Shown: one piece after another, positions 36,788-49,094 of the stretch
Layout of the letters: every line of letters starts with the position of its first letter
Position numbering within the stretch: position 1 is the stretch's first letter
Source: Malacoraja senta
Taxonomy: Eukaryota
Assembly (NCBI GenBank): GCA_038087875.1
Contig: CM075990.1
Coordinates: forward strand, 17,796,001-17,860,000
DNA: 64,000 nucleotides
Direction of reading: 5' to 3'
The notes under the pieces: generated by a model
What the model saw: the letters and a program-made list of their open reading frames with translations, nothing else
The model's database searches: none
What the model was told of the DNA's origin: nothing
Position numbers and translations under genes: made by a program

Positions 36788-37962
36788 AGGGCCGGATTTA
36801 CGTATAAGCTAGACAAGCTTAACCGTAGGGCCTTGAGATCTAGGGGGGCCTACTCACCTCGCCGCCCCACCGATCATCCGCCTCCTACTCTTTGCCCGCT
36901 GACCCTCGACACTCCACCGCCCTCCATCAGCCCACAGCCGTCACCTTACCTGAATCCTGGACTCAGCACCGGGCCTGAAGCTTCCACGCTGCAGATTCCT
37001 ACTCCCCTGGGTTTGACTGCGCTGGGTCCTAGTGCCAGTCCCCCACCACCCTGGTAACCTCAGTGGTTGTTCCACTGGGTCTTCCCCATTCCCCTCAAAC
37101 CATGTGACCCCAGCTCTTCCACACTAACACTACAGTCCTAATACCCCCCTACCCCCTGACCACCCACCATCTCCCCACCAGTCATCGCCTCAGCCTCAGT
37201 CTACTCACCTACCTTCCTCTGGACCCAACCCCCATCCCTGCCGTATGTTCACCATCCCCCCTGACCTCCCCCACTCTGATACCGAAAGGTCTGTCCTCAG
37301 CAGAGACCTTACCTTTGTCCCCCTCTGTCCCCACCTCGATGAGTTCCGCGCCCGCTGCGATTTGGAGCTCTTCTTCCGTCACCTCCGCCTCACAGCGTTC
37401 TTCCATGGGAAGTTCTCGCCCCCATTGATGATCCCTTTTCCCGCCTCCAACGGACCCCTCCTCTTGGACCCCCCTCATGGACACTGGTACAATTAAATTT
37501 GGGGGTCACCATCCAACGTCGGAACGGGAGAACATTCTCAGCGGCGTGGACTTCCGAATCGGCCACTTCCTACCGGAGACCGCGGCTCCCGAAGTCCACA
37601 GGCTGCGCTGGGTGGAGATTCACGTTGGCGGCCCTCGGCAAAGGGATCCCAGGGCTCCGCGATATTAAAATGAGCCCAAGGCTGGGAGCTCCGCAACCCA
37701 CAGCTCCATGATGTTGAAGCAGCAGGCCCAAGACTCCAGAGCTTCAAAAGGCGATCTATGTAAGGCATCACTCGCTCCGCAGTGAATCCAATATGGATTT
37801 TAAAACCAACTGTTTAATGACAACATACAGTAGGATCTAAAAGTGTCACACTGTCACTGTCGGGTAGTCATGGACCTCTAGTCGTGGGGGTGGGGGATTG
37901 GGAGGGGGGAGGCCTCACAAGTGAAATAGCTTAGGGCCTCTCTTCATCTAAATCCGTTCCCT
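36788..37962. mobile_element. Non-autonomous TIR DNA transposon (hAT- or Harbinger-like) containing a Penelope fragment (~37230-37480)
   Basis: 14-bp terminal inverted repeats AGGGGCCGGATTTA / TAAATCCGTTCCCT with 2 mismatches, C-runs on both flanks and subterminal TAGGGCCT repeats. Internal ORF 37245..37496 (FTIPPDLP..TERSVLSR.LTFVP...LELFFR.LRL) resembles the Penelope N-terminus. Confidence 0.65.
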
Positions 37963-38149
37963 CCCCCCCCTGCACCCCGTTACTGTTCACCTCCCCCAGG
38001 GAGAGGCAGGAGCTTCTGCGGGAACCCGTCCGGCCGCTGCTTTACAACCACACATGCGTTTCAATTCATTCGCAGTTTAGTAGCAGAACAACTCGCTATA
38101 ACTTCGAGAAACAAGTCGCAGCCCAGTCAGCGCCGGGACTGGCGGCCCC

Positions 38150-38270
38150 CCCATCCTTAAACCCCACCCCCCATCCCCCCCCCCCCCCCCCGCCCAAGTG
38201 TGGCTTCAGATTCCGGCTATAAATAGTCCTTGCTCCGATGCCCGACAAAGGGCAGAATAAGCAGCTGCTG
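38150..38270 (+). promoter_or_regulatory. DUSP29: DUSP29 promoter: C-rich Sp/KLF tract, overlapping MEF2/TATA element and E-box
   Basis: CTATAAATAG at 38217-38226 is a perfect CTA(A/T)4TAG and contains TATAAA. CAGCTG at 38262-38267. Donor GTGAGT at 38351 and acceptor ttccag| at 38502 define a 5' UTR intron. Confidence 0.7.
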
Positions 38271-38560
38271 GCCCTGAACATACGGAGAGCGCCGGGCTCA
38301 GCGAACGGGAGGGCGGCGGCAGACGTGACCGGGAGCGGCGCCGGTTCCCCGTGAGTAAGCGACCATCTCCCGCGTATTGACGAGAAAACTCCGTGACCGC
38401 CCTTCACACGCGCCTTGCCGTGGAGTGTGGTGAAAACCGGACCCACTTAGGGCTCTGCGAGGTTGGGTTTGTGTGTAGATGTTTGCGTTTTCTCTATTCC
38501 AGACACCCAGGCCGATTACATTTGGAGAACCGCCCGGGTTGGGTTGCTTGCTCTGACGAG

Positions 38561-38724
38561 ATGCTCTCCGGCAGGACTCCAAACCCCTACAGGCCAGTGA
38601 CTGTGGACCCCGACGATGATTACACGACACCAGGAGCCTTCGAACTGGAGCGACTCTTCTGGAAAGGTTCTGTAAAATTCTCTCACGTCGACGAAGTCTG
38701 GCCTGGCATTTCCATCGGAGACGA
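38561..38724 (+). CDS. DUSP29: DUSP29 (DUPD1) coding exon 1
   Basis: [10 protein letters not shown]...[18 protein letters not shown]...[25 protein letters not shown] is characteristic of DUPD1. Donor |gtacgt. Confidence 0.93.
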
Positions 38725-38759
38725 GTACGTTCCACACAACTGCAGTTCATGTTCATCAG

Positions 38760-40370
38760 ACATTGGGGTAGAGTTAGACCATTCGGCCCATCGAGTCTAC
38801 TCCATTCTGCATGGCTGATCTATCGTTCCGTCTCAACCCCATTCTCCTGCCTTCTAACATTACTCAAAATTACTCAACATTACTCAAAAATCTGTCAATC
38901 TCCATTTTAAACATACCCAATGACTTGGCCTCCACTGCCGTCGGTGGTAATGAATTCCACAGATTCGCCACCCTTTGATTAAAGAAAATCTTCCTCATCA
39001 CCTTTCTATATGTACATCTTTATCTGCAGGTACATTTTTATTCTGAGGCTATGGCCTCTGGTCCTAGACTCTCCCATTAGGGGAAACATCCTCTCCACAT
39101 CCACTCTATCCAGGCCTTTCACTATTCAGTAAGTTTTAATGAGGTCTCTCCTCATCCTGTTAATCTCTATCAAGTACAGACCCAGAACACTCATGGTACA
39201 TTAACTCAATCATCCCCAGGATCATTCTTGTAAACCTCCTCTGGACCCTCTCCAATGCCAGCACATCCTTCCTCATATATGGGGCCTAAAACTGCTCACA
39301 ATACTCCAAATGCAGTCTGACCAGTGTTTTATAAAGCCTCAGAATTACAACCCTGTTTTTATATTCTCGTTCTCTCAAAATAAACGTTAACATTGCATTT
39401 GCCTACCTCAATACCAATTCAACTTCAAATTTAATTTTTGGGGAATCCTGCACCAGCAGTCCCAACCCCTGCACCTCTGATTCCTGAATCATCTCCTCAT
39501 TTAAAAAGTAGACTATGCCTTTATTCCTACTACCAAAATTCTTGACTCTACACCTTGCTACGCTGTATTCCATCTGCCACGTTTTTGCCCACTCTCCCAA
39601 ACGGCCTCTACACTACCTGCCTCTCCATCTATCTTTGTATCATCCGCAAACCTGGCAGCAAAGCCTTCAATCCCCAAGTCCGAATCATTAATATACAAAG
39701 TGAAGTAGTGGTCCCAGCACCGACCGTTGCGGAATTCCGTTAGTCACTGGCAGTCAACCAGAAAAAGCCCTTAATTTCCACTCGTTGCCTTCTGCCATCC
39801 AGCTCAACCTTCAATCCATGCTAGTATCTTCCCTCGTCTCTCGTCTTCTTTAGCAGCCTCATTTGTGGCACCTAATCAAAAGCATTCTGAAAATCCAGGT
39901 AAACAACATCCACTAAGTCTCCTCCATCTATCTATATCCATCCTCAAAGGATTCCAACAGGTTTGTCAGTCAAGATCTCCCCTTCACAAAACCATGCTGA
40001 TTTTGACCTATTTTATCATTTGCATCTAAATACTCAGAAACCACATCCTTAATAATGGATTTTAAAATCTCACCAACCATTGAAGTCAGGTGAACCGGTG
40101 TGTAGTTCCCCCTTCAATCCCCCTTTTGCTTCAATCCCTTCTTGAACAGTGGAGTAATATTTGCAATTTTACAATCCTCTGGAACTACTCCTGACTTGTG
40201 ATTCTTGAAAAATCAACTCTAATGCCTCTACAATCTCTTAAAGCCACCTCTTTCACATCCCCCGTGTGCAGTCCATCCTGTCCAGGTGATTAATCCACCT
40301 TCAGAAGCACCTTCTCCTTAGTAATCGCCACTCCACTAATTTTCACCCTCTGGATCTCTTGAATTCAGGC
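38760..40370 (-). mobile_element. CR1 LINE, 5'-truncated and decayed
   Basis: CR1 3' tail and hairpin at ~38760-38850, plus RT remnants (ORF 39403..39600 GEWAKTWQMEY). Confidence 0.85.
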
Positions 40371-40931
40371 AGTGGGATTTACTAAAGCTATGTGAAATCT
40401 AGAAAACAATATAAAACCATCATCACCAACTGAATTACTGAAAATCGTTTAACTTCTCACACTTGGGCAGCCTGATCATGAGGAATTCAGCACAAAATCA
40501 AGTTCTTCAGCCCAACTTGTCCATGACCCCATAATTCCAACGGACCAATCCCATCTAAACTAGTCCCATCAGCCTGTGTTTGGCCCACATCCTTCCAGAC
40601 CTTTCCTCTCCATGTTATTTCTAAGTGTCCTTGAATTGTTGTTACTGTACCTGCCTCAACTAGTTCCTCTGGCAGCTCATTCCATGCACCCACTACCCTC
40701 TGTGTGAAAAAGTTACCCCTCTGGTTCCTATTAAATTTGTTCCCAGTAATTATTGATTCTTCTACCCTGGTGAAGACAGTGCATTTACTCTCTGTGCCCC
40801 TCGTGATTTTATATACCTTTTGAAAGGTAACCTCTCATGTTCCAGGAGTATTCCCTCTGAAATTTGTTTTGCTTTAAATGTCATCATGTTTTCCACCCTG
40901 CCTTGAGCCTTGATTATATATTTTGTTGTAG

Positions 40932-41152
40932 AGTGATTGCATTGGACCGGTATACTGTCGAAAAGATGGGTTTTACGCATATCCTAAATGCAGCTCATGG
41001 TCGGTGGAACGTGGGCACTGGGGTGGAATACTACAAGGACATGCCTGTTGATTACTATGGTGTGGAGGCCGCAGACCTGCCAAGTTTTAATTTGGGCCAA
41101 TTCTTCTATCCTGCTGCTCAGTACATTGACAGAGCACTGAGCACTCCTGGCT
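40932..41152 (+). CDS. DUSP29: DUSP29 coding exon 2
   Basis: 221 nt, [36 protein letters not shown]...[23 protein letters not shown]. Splice sites gtag| and |gtaagt. Confidence 0.95.
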
Positions 41153-41924
41153 GTAAGTGATACCGGACATCCTCGGCCACAGTTTGTTTTTTGAGCTCCA
41201 TACCAGGTGATGCTGGCAGAGAAGTAATGAACATATTACAACACAATGCATTGTACTCGAAACACGCTCCGGCACTCAGAAAGAATTATACTTCACATCA
41301 CCTTTCTGGGATTATTCCTTCGGAATCTTAAAACAATGTAATAATACTTGGGCAATATAATTAATGATGTGCATTATTACTAAACCTAGCGCAATAATAT
41401 AAAACCCCAAGTATGTTGGAGAAACAAAATCTGTTAAATATCGAGAAACATCTTTCCATCTATCATACTTCCCAACTCCCGAAAGGAAAATGGAACATAT
41501 ACTGAAATGATGGGAGGGGATATGTGGATGGAAGCGGTGGGAAGATTTAGCCAAGGGATTAAAATGATGAATGCTTGTAGTTGGCACGGAGGAATCCTGT
41601 ACTTCTGATGCAGATCAGTGAGAGCAGGGAGAGCCGCTCTCTCTTGTGGGACCACCTGAAATATGCCAATGGTTCTAGATTTAGTTGTACCTATTGAAGC
41701 GGAAGTGGAAGAATGGTAACATTTGTGTGCCTATGGGGCAGGGACAAGGGGGGGGGGAGGGGGTTGGTCAACAAGATAGGTCTTTGAAAGGGTGCCACCG
41801 GGACAACAGGCCAGAAATTATGTTGAATAATCTCATATTTAGGATTGTTTTACAAGCTAGAAATACCTGGTTGAGCAGTTTTCCTGAACATAATTTTAAA
41901 CTCTGCCTAATTGACTTTAACTAA

Positions 41925-42850
41925 ACCTTTGACAAGATCCTGCATGTCGGTGAGCCTGGAAGGTTTAGATCACAAGGGATCTGGGGTGAGCTAGCCATGT
42001 GGACACATAATTTGCTTTGGTGGAAGGAGGCAGAGGGTGATGGTACTGGGTTGTTATTAGAGGCCTGTGACCAGTGGTGTACTGCAGGGGCCGGTGCTGG
42101 CTCCATCTAGTTTCTCATCTTATTTGGATGACAATGTTGTTAACATGGTTAGTAAGATTGTAGATGACACCAAAATTGGTGGTGTAGTGGACGGTGAAGA
42201 AGGGCATCTACATTTGCAACAGGTTCTTGCTGAAAAGTGGAAGTGAGGAATGGCAAGTAGAATTTAACTCTAACAAAGTGTTGTATTTTAGTAAGTTAAA
42301 CCAGGGCAAGACATACACAGTAAATGGTAGGGCTGTGGCTAAAGAGACCTAGGACTACAAGTACCTACTTCCCTGAAAGTGGCAACACAGGTGGACAGAT
42401 GGTGAAGAAGACATTTGGCACATTTGCCTTAATTAGTCAGAGAATTGAGGACAGAAGTTGGGATGTTATGTTACAGCTGTAAAAGTCGTTGGTGAGACCA
42501 CGCGGAATGCAGTCCTGGTTGCCCAGCTACAGAATGGATGTCATTAAGCTGGAAAAACAGCAGAAAAGATTCACCAGGATGCTACTGGGCCTAGTAGGTT
42601 TCATTCATAAGGAGAGGCTGGATCGGCTGTAACCCCCACCTCCCCAGCGTATAGGAGGCTGAGGGGTGCATTTATAGAGGTATATAAAATAATGAGGTGC
42701 ATGATCACAATCTTCTCCCAGGGTAGGAAATCATCCCAGCGAAGGAAAGTCTAAAGTAGAGGACAAGACTAGAGATTTAAAAGGGCTCTGAGCGGGAAGT
42801 TGGCAGAAGAGTGTTGGGCCCAAGAGCCTGTATCACTCTGTGACTCTCAA
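41925..42850 (+). mobile_element. Decayed CR1 LINE
   Basis: RT remnants (GTGACCAGTGGTGT..., GATGACACCAAAATTGGTGG, GAGGCTGAGGGGTG). Confidence 0.78.
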
Positions 42851-43864
42851 ACTCAATCCATCTTGTTCGTTATGCATGTTAAACCAGTAACTGCCTTGGT
42901 CTCCAGCCTAACGGCTATATTGTCATGGTCAAGTTCATCGTCATTCAATGTCTGATATTAATCGGCAGATTTATCTGATGTACATTGCAGTATCTGATGT
43001 ATGGATCAGATTCAGTTATGCAACCTATTAATAGCCATCGGTGGGTTCAGTGGAAAATAATACCACCTTAGAGCCGAGTTATGTTGGCACATCAGTGCAA
43101 ACGATGGCATTTATATTGAGTCAGATAGAGTAGAACCTGATTATTAATAGCAGCAGTAAACTGCCGAGTGCATCACTGACATTTCAACAGCCTTTGATTT
43201 CCTGTTACAAGAGCAGCTGTCCCACGGATGATGAAACGTCAAGCAGTAATATCTTAAACATTTCCCTGGATCCTATTCCGCTCTGATTCACCGTGATGTT
43301 CACTTTCGTGTCGTGTTTTGGCCCAGATTCCACTCTAATCTCAACTTTAATTGGGTGTTCATGTTTTAATAAATTCACCATATGGTTGTTATCCGGCACA
43401 TTTTATGAATTATTGCTGCCTGTTTATATCAGTCAAGCTCTTTGCTATCCTGCATCTTAGACAATAGTTTGTCCAAAATTTCACTGAAAGCTGTTTTTGC
43501 CAAGAAGTAATTTTGTACAATTTCCCTATTGAAACAAAATCAAATTGCACAAATGCTGAAAATCTGAATTATAAACTGAAACTGTTGGCAGCAGCTGGTA
43601 GATTGTGGAGACAGTTACTGCTTCCAATCCACAATCTTTCATCGTAACCAGTTCAGTATTTCTGCTTCAAACCAACCTGTGCTCCGCCTGACGGGCAGGT
43701 CTGCCGCTACACGTTGCACCAGCTGTCTGATACAGTGGAGCTCTGGGGCAGTGGGCTCATGCACATGGCTGCACTGTGAGACTACACCAGCAGTTGCACG
43801 CTGATTGTTCAGAGATACCGATTTGATCATCTTGCAGCTTAAATTGCAGGCTTCCACATTCACA

Positions 43865-44350
43865 AGTGATTATTTGTCATATGCACCGGACATGAAGACT
43901 TGCGGCAGGTTTACAATGCAGCATCACCTGTAAATATAAATGTGTTCAGTTATTCTGTAATAGTGCAAACCCCATAGTATGTGGAGCAGACTTACTAGTG
44001 CAGGGTGCGTTATCTTTATTGCTGCGGTAGGGCTGTGGTTAGTGTTGAGCAGTGTTCAAGAGCCTGATGGTTACTGAGAAGAAGCTTTTCATGAACCAAG
44101 TGGTGACAGTACCCAGATTCATATGCCAACCTCCCAGTGGTAGCAGAGATGAGAGTGTGGCCGGGGTGGTGTGTGTCTTTGATGATCGTCTTGAGGCAAT
44201 GCTTGCTGTAGATCCCTTTGATGGGTGGAACGTCGGTATCCACGATAGACTTGGCATTATCTACCATTTTCTGTAACCTCCTCCATTCCTGGTCATTGGA
44301 ATTACCAAATCAGCCCACGAAGCAACCAGTCAGTATGCTCTCTACATACA
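43865..44350 (-). mobile_element. Rex1/Babar-like LINE 3' fragment
   Basis: ORF 44016..44267 has an IIKDTHHPGH motif and resembles 12295-13010. Confidence 0.6.
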
Positions 44351-44478
44351 TTCAAAGTTATTTGTGGTTTAAATGCTTTTTAACCGGTGTACAATTCCTA
44401 GCTCAGATTCTGCAGAAATCCTTTCCTTGTTTGACACAATTGGTCCTCTGAATAAAAGCTGTTCTTTTTCCTGTGCAG

Positions 44479-44723
44479 CCAAAGTCTTTGTGCACTGTGC
44501 GAGAGGCCGGAGCCGATCTGCCTCCCTGGTGCTGGCGTACCTGATGATCTACAAGAACCTGACGGTGGTGGATGCAGTTGAAGAAGTACTGAAGCACCGG
44601 TGCATCTTACCAAACCGTGGCTTCCTGCAGCAGCTGAGAGCACTTGATATCCAGTTGATAATGGAGAGATGTGTGGCAAAGAAAAACATCAGCATAAATG
44701 CAGAGGAGAACAAAATCTGTTAG
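44479..44723 (+). CDS. DUSP29: DUSP29 coding exon 3 (catalytic loop)
   Basis: [24 protein letters not shown]...[17 protein letters not shown]...KIC*. Protein totals 209 aa. AATAAA at 44815-44820 and 45171-45176. Confidence 0.95.
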
Positions 44724-45469
44724 CACTGCTTTCACCATACAGACAATAGCATTCTTTTTATATGGAAAAGTACATTGAGCTGTAAATATATTATCTGATA
44801 AGTAAGAAAGCTTTAATAAATGGAGAAGGCAAGTATCCCTGGCATGACCAATGGCATGGGTCTGAGATGCACACAATTTCACACATGGAATTACTGGCAT
44901 TATAAAACAACCGCAATAAGTACAACTAAAACCCACTGAACCAACAATTGTAGTTTGAAGTTCCAAACAGACATGAGCACTAATCCCAAGTTATTTGAAA
45001 TCTTTAAAATTGGGATTATACAACAGAAGTGCAATTTATAAAAAGAACAATTGTGAAATTGAACTTTAAGAATTTGTAAATGAATTATATTTATTTGTCC
45101 TCACTTACAAATTATTAAAATGTTACATAGAAAAAGTGTATCTAGTATCGAAACCTATTGCCAGGAACAGAATAAACATTAAAAAAAAACACACACTTGT
45201 TCTGGTTGTTCCCCAACTATAGTTACAAAAGACTAATGACCACATATTAAAATAATCTCGAAAGAAGTTAGCTTTGGACTAATCTTGCTGGGAACTGGTC
45301 CTTTCTCAATAAAGTCATGAGCTATGAGCTTGGTAGCGTCAGCATCTCAGCCTTCCCTACCTGGCAACGTCTCTGAGGATGGAGCTCTCTCAATCCTGGA
45401 ACAGAGACTGCAGTGTATGGCAATGATAGAGCACCACTACTGTATACTGGTAAAGTTGCCTCATCTTTA

Positions 45470-45752
45470 AACTTTAGGGATACAGCATGGAAACAGGCCC
45501 TTTGGCCCAGCAAGTCACTCCGACCATCGATCACCCTCTACACTAGCACTATCCTACACACTAGGGACAATTTACAGAGCCAATATACCTACAAACCCGT
45601 CCATATTTAGAATGTGGCAGAAAACCAGAGCAACCGCACGCAGTCATAGGGAGAACGTGCAAACTCCATAGAGACAGCACCCATAGTCGGGATTGAACCT
45701 GGGTCTCTGATGGTGTAAGGCAGCAACCCTACCATAGTGCCTCTGTGCCATC
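45470..45752 (-). mobile_element. V-SINE (HE1-like)
   Basis: Same family as 15861-16174. Confidence 0.84.
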
Positions 45753-47514
45753 CTGTGTCATCTGTGGCAGCAAGATTTATAATTTCCCAACTCTTACACA
45801 AACTTTATGCAATGACATTGTGTTATCGAGTATCAAAAGCCAAAGCAATTATTTTGCTGCAGCACCAATCATCAATAAAGTGCCAGTGTTCAGGCTCATC
45901 TGTACCTCTGAAGAAGGGTCCTGACCCTAAACGTCACCTATCCATGTATTAGGGATGCTGCCTGACCCGCTGACTTATTTCAGCACTTTTTGTTTTATGT
46001 ACCTTTGAATCTTCTGGCTTGTGGTGAAATATTGCTTGCAAACTTACACTGAAGTTCATAATAGAATCAACAACCTATTAATGTGCACATAAATGTAATA
46101 CGTAAAGCTCTCGACTGCCAGCCACACTCGCAGGTACCCTGCTTTAGATTCAGAGTTCCAAGGTAGACAAGAATCATGTGGTCAATACAATAGGTTCCTG
46201 GAGTGGGCTATAGGATGGGGAAAATATCTTTCCCTTCATTGTAATTTCTTCTCTAAATATAGAACGTTATAAGGTTTAGCTCGTGCCCCAGAGGCAACAC
46301 TCACCACATCCGGTAGGAAGTCTATCCCTTTTCCAACATGTTAATGTCTATAGTCAGGAGTAGAGAGGAATCTGGGTTATGACCCAGAATAGTCACGGCA
46401 GCTGTAAAAGAGTGAGCTGATAAAATTAACATATTATACATGCAGTAAAATAAACTCATCTGATCAACTAAATACATAAAGCTCAGCATGTTCTGGAGTA
46501 CCTGAAGTATTTTTGGATATTCCTGCTATTTCCACATAACAGCAGAGGAGCCAGAGCAGAAGGTGAGTGAGCTCTGGTCCCGGCTGATGGAGACCCTCTT
46601 GTCCACGTTGCTGCCTGATCCCTGGATCTTGTGGTTTCTCTGGGTCCAAAAGAATTTCAGTCTCCGGTTGAATACAACCAACAACTGAGCTCTCATAGTC
46701 CGTCCAAGTAGAGAATTTCAACGATTTACAATCCTAATTCAGACATTTCTTCTCATCTCAGCCCAAATGGCTGACTCCTTATCCTTATACTGTGATCATT
46801 TGTTCCCAATTGCCCTGTTCAGTACTTACTGTGTGTGTCGGTACTTCTCAGAGTCGTGCAGGTCTCGGTGTGATCACCTTTGAGCTCAGGCAGATCTTCC
46901 CTAGTGTCTTCTGATTGGCCATTGCCTTTCCCCTTGATTCAACCAAGCAAATCTATACAGCATTAACACCAAGACAAATACATTCTTCCTTCTTTATGTA
47001 AAGAGAGACCAAAACAGTACAATTCAAACGAGATCTCATCCAATCGTGTAGGAGTGCAACAAGAATTATTTTTCTTTGTCCTTCAGTTAGTTTGCAGTGA
47101 AGATCAATATATGATCTGCTTGTTGTCGCCTGATTGAAGTCAATGGAGAGATCATCTTTGCATCTGTCTGCCAATGCACGTTTCAATCCTCTCATTATGT
47201 AAGCTCAAGAGAGTACAGGCTGGTCTGGTTAACTTCTCCTCATATCGTCTAGGAACCTATCTGGTGAGCCTCAAGTGCTGGACATCCCTCCTTGCACAGG
47301 GGGATCAGACTTGTGCTCCATGCAAGTCTTCAAAAACACCAATATCTCTTTGTAAAACGTCACCGACTATCTGATCTACTATGATTTTCTAAGTATGATG
47401 ATAATCTAACATCATGATGAATTCTGGCAATTAAGCAACAAAAAAATCAGGCGGAATAGTTATATTGCTCCTATTTATTAATTCGCTCACTTTTTAAAAT
47501 TATGCTGTTAACTT

Positions 47515-47820
47515 TTTTAGTTTCGTTTAGAGATACTGCATGGAATAGGCCCTTCGGCCCACTGAGTCCATGCTGACCAACGTCCACGCCGACTAGTTTT
47601 ACGTTATCTCACTTTCTCATCCCTCCTTACACACTAGGGGCAATTTACAGAGGGCCAATTAAAGTCATGTCTCAGGGATGTGGGAGGAAACTGGAACACC
47701 CGGAGAAAACCCATGTGGTCACAGGGAGAACGTGCAAACTCCACACAGCAGGCACCCATGGTCTGGATCAAAACTGGGTCTCTGGCGCTATGAGGCAGCA
47801 GGTCTATCAGCTGCACCACC
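47515..47820 (-). mobile_element. V-SINE (HE1-like)
   Basis: Same family as 15861-16174. Confidence 0.84.
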
Positions 47821-49094
47821 TTTTTTCCTTCTATTCTGTTGTACCAGAAGCCAAGGTATTTTGGGAGATAATGAATGTACACATTGCCTCTGCCTAACGT
47901 TCTCCTGAGGCATTGTCATGGAACGGAGACGACTCACCCGCAACAAGCAAACATTCCTTGCTTACTGTGAGGAATGCTGCCGTGGATTTTGTGGAGCAAG
48001 AAGATCAAAGGGAGATCTCAGTCAGAAAGGATATGGATTACAATGCTTAAAAGGAATGTGAAGGAAGAATACTGCTATTTTAAAAGCAGCTGAACGCATT
48101 CGAAGTGGTGAACCCTCCTTGGCCGCTGAGCACAAGCTGGGAGGTGGAATCAGATAATCAAGTCCCTTTTTCTGATGGCCTGAATCGAGAAGGTGAATGA
48201 GTTCAACTGTGGAAAAAACATCCAGGAATGTTCGATTTGCAGTTGAGTATTTACAATACTCTGTGGAGGAGTATATTCCAAACAATCAGGAAAAATACTG
48301 GTACAGGGAAACAGTCTGCTAATCTTTGCTGCCTCGATAACGTGTTGTACAGCTGACTGAGCTCATAATACACCATATGTACACAAAGCCTCCCATTTCA
48401 TTAGATCAATCTTTGTTCTATAGCAACAAATGCTTGAACTGAAAGTTTCCTTGATCTAAATGCAACGCCATCTCTTCCAATAGAATCTACACCACCAGTT
48501 TCTTTATCAGAAAGAAGAATTCTTGGAACTATCAGCTCCACACATGAGATTTTAAATCACTGAGACAGCTACATTACCAAAGCTGTATGACTAACTGCTA
48601 CAGAATTCTCAAAGTTCCCAAAGAACCTCTGCCTTCACTTTCGGCAAGTTACACGTCATTCAGAATTCTGGAGCCCATACTTTGTGCTATCAGCATCCTG
48701 GACCTTCTCACAGCAGGATGCCTTCATATGCCTCTAAAATGCTGCACTCCCCAATCTCCCTTCTCTGACACCATTCTGCATTTCCCTCTCTTATTTCATT
48801 GTCAAGTGCAGCATTTTGTTGTTGTTTCCAAAACATACCCTTAAAATCAAGTTTACTGTTCTCTTTGCTCTTTGCAGAAGTCTCACCCTCTTGCAATATG
48901 GCACTGCTCTAAACTAGTTCTTTTTCATTCCTGCCTACAGTCCTATTTTAGCACTGAGCTTGTTTTGCCATAGGGTGTATTTATATAAATAGGAGCAAGA
49001 TTGGACGCATAGTAATTGTTAATCCACGTAATCTATCAATACATTTCCAAAGATTTCACCAACATATTCTGAAACTTTACAGCACAGGAAGTCT

